From contig DATNEU010000066.1 in the NCBI GenBank assembly GCA_035552895.1, positions 491 to 64,490 on the forward strand: a stretch of 64,000 nt of DNA, written 5' to 3'. Source of the stretch: Steroidobacteraceae bacterium (GTDB lineage: Bacteria > Pseudomonadota > Gammaproteobacteria > Steroidobacterales > Steroidobacteraceae). Position 1 is the first letter of the stretch. The number at the start of each line of letters is the position of its first letter. Of this stretch, positions 62,562-64,000 are shown in pieces. A program made the position numbers and the translations under genes. The notes beneath the pieces are model-generated. The model had not been told where the DNA came from. It worked only from the letters and a program-made list of their open reading frames with translations, and ran no database searches.

Positions 62562-63365
62562 TCAGTCCCGGCTGTGCTCGATCCACTTGAGCTGCAGGCG
62601 GTCGGACCTGCACAGGCTCTCCAGCACGGCCCGCGGTTTTCCGGCGTCGTCGGTCAGAACCGCGCGCACCCTCAGAAGAGGCGAGCCCAAGGGCACTCCG
62701 AGCGCACGCGCGGCATCGGCGTCGGCCGGAACAGCACCCATCGAGCACCTGACCGCGGCTGTCGGCGGCGGCCCGATCCCATCGAGCATCGTCAGGACGG
62801 ATGTCTGGCGAGGGATCGCGCCGTGGAGCCGCCGCCCGATGGGTTCCGGCAAATAGGCGGCGGTGAGCGCGAGGGGCTCACCGTGGCTGCGCCGGAGCCG
62901 CTCGAGGAGGTACGCCGTCGGGCCGATCCCGGCGGCGATCGCGGCCAGACCCGCAGGCACGGGCGCCAGATCGAAGCGCAGGGTGGTGGTGGTGGTGTGC
63001 GATTCCAACGCCGCCAGGGTCTCGGGCAGCGCGTGCAGTGCGAGAGAAAGACGGGGCGTGTCCCGTTGCGGGCGGGCATAGGTGCCGCTGCCGCGCCGGC
63101 GGACGATCCGGCCCTCGCGCTCCAACCGGTCCAGCGCGCGGCGCACGGTCGTGCGGGAGATCCCATAGCGGGCGCAGAGCTCGGGCTCGCTCGGCAATGC
63201 GCGCTGCGCCGCAATGGTGCCGTCCTGCAGTGCGGCCAGGAGGAGCTCGTAGAGCCGGTAGTAGCGGGCGACCCCCCTGTCGAGGCGCCGCGTCGAGAGC
63301 TCGGGGAACGATGTTTTGGGCCGTCGGGGAGGGCTGATGCGTCGCGAGCGGGGTATCGAGGCCAT
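62562..63365 (-). CDS. GntR-family transcriptional regulator, HutC subfamily (wHTH + UTRA)
   Basis: LPSEPELCARYGISRTTVRRALDRLEREGRIVRRRGSGTYA, then a UTRA-like effector domain. ATG 63365. Confidence 0.8.
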   Translation of the reverse strand: MASIPRSRRISPPRRPKTSFPELSTRRLDRGVARYYRLYELLLAALQDGTIAAQRALPSEPELCARYGISRTTVRRALDRLEREGRIVRRRGSGTYARPQRDTPRLSLALHALPETLAALESHTTTTTLRFDLAPVPAGLAAIAAGIGPTAYLLERLRRSHGEPLALTAAYLPEPIGRRLHGAIPRQTSVLTMLDGIGPPPTAAVRCSMGAVPADADAARALGVPLGSPLLRVRAVLTDDAGKPRAVLESLCRSDRLQLKWIEHSRD

Positions 63366-63375
63366 GGGCGGTATT

Positions 63376-64000
63376 TCAGCTCCGCTTTCCCGTGCGGTTG
63401 GGTTTCGGGCGGCCGATCTCGAGGGTCGCGTGCGCCTCGTAACGGTCGGGCCTATACACGCAACTGACATACGCCACGATGCGATGCTGCACGTCACGCG
63501 CGAGCGTGCGTACATTGAAAACGGGAGATCCGACGGCGATGCCGAGGCTCGTGGCGGTCAGGGGATCGGCTGCGAGCGCGGCGAACTCCCGCTCCAGAGT
63601 GGAGCTGTGATGCCCGTGGGCAGCGAGAACGCTGAGGATCGTGCCGCCCGGGACGCCAATGTTGTCGTCCAACTTCTCTCCGCTCAGCCCACTGCCGATC
63701 TCCTCCGGAAGATAGGCCGTCTCCAACACAACGGGCTCCCGCTCGACGTAGCGTATCTGTCGGACGAGCAGGGTGGTAGCGCCGAATCCGGGCCGCTCGC
63801 TCTGAAGGAATGGGGGCGTCGGGACGCGCTGAACGGCGATCGTGCGGCGGGTGGCCGCGACGGGCGATCTGGCGCCGCCATTCAGCACCGACGAGAGGTC
63901 CCTGGGCGTGGCGGCCGAGCCCTTGCGCTCCCGGGCGAAGGTGCCGCTGCCCCTCTTGCGCTCGATCCGGCCCTCCGCCTCCAGCCGGGCCAGGGCGCGG
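63376..64000 (-). CDS. GntR-family regulator, HutC subfamily, 5'-partial (continues beyond the window)
   Basis: The reverse strand at the window end reads RALARLEAEGRIERKRGSGTFA, in frame with the 170-aa ORF (UTRA-like domain). It is a paralogue of the neighbouring gene. Confidence 0.75.
   Translation of the reverse strand, partial: RALARLEAEGRIERKRGSGTFARERKGSAATPRDLSSVLNGGARSPVAATRRTIAVQRVPTPPFLQSERPGFGATTLLVRQIRYVEREPVVLETAYLPEEIGSGLSGEKLDDNIGVPGGTILSVLAAHGHHSSTLEREFAALAADPLTATSLGIAVGSPVFNVRTLARDVQHRIVAYVSCVYRPDRYEAHATLEIGRPKPNRTGKRS

Overview
This is a 64-kb chromosomal window from a high-GC Gram-negative bacterium. G+C is roughly 65-70% by eye (hand count 47/60 at 3301-3360). Gene order is typical of Gammaproteobacteria of the Pseudomonas/Xanthomonas type. 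I call about 60 protein genes and one tRNA-Gln. I see no rRNA, CRISPR, transposase or integrase. Content from left to right: (i) a low-GC patch (1 to ~1900) with three orphan envelope proteins. (ii) A kynurenine-to-quinolinate operon: nbaC, a cyclase-like formamidase candidate, kynU, kmo. (iii) The conserved lptD-surA-pdxA-rsmA-(usp)-apaG-apaH operon, divergent from amgK-murU, then lipA-lipB. (iv) An unusual sulfate-uptake locus: sbp plus an OprO/P-type porin on one strand, converging on cysA(USP-like fusion)-cysT-cysW-histidine kinase-response regulator on the other. (v) A cell-wall and cell-shape block: ybeD-dat-dacA-rlpA-mltB-rodA-mrdA-mreDCB. (vi) gatCAB and hslO. (vii) A SahR-like regulator with metF-metH. 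(viii) An NdvA/ChvA-like exporter, a YciC-like membrane protein, prmC, ppiB, mtgA and a DUF1080 protein. (ix) prfA divergent from TPR-lolB-ispE-tRNA-Gln-prs-rplY-pth-ychF. (x) A REC-GAF-GGDEF-EAL protein and two tandem HutC/GntR regulators, the last cut by the window end. Most of the very long ORFs in the six-frame track are antisense shadows typical of high-GC DNA. The best candidates for something new are three. First, the sulfate importer operon hard-wired to a two-component system, with a CysA C-terminal USP-like fusion and a linked porin. Second, the low-GC orphan patch. Third, a structured ~75-nt intergenic repeat present twice. All functional calls come from my own recognition of motifs and synteny; no database search or folding program was run.
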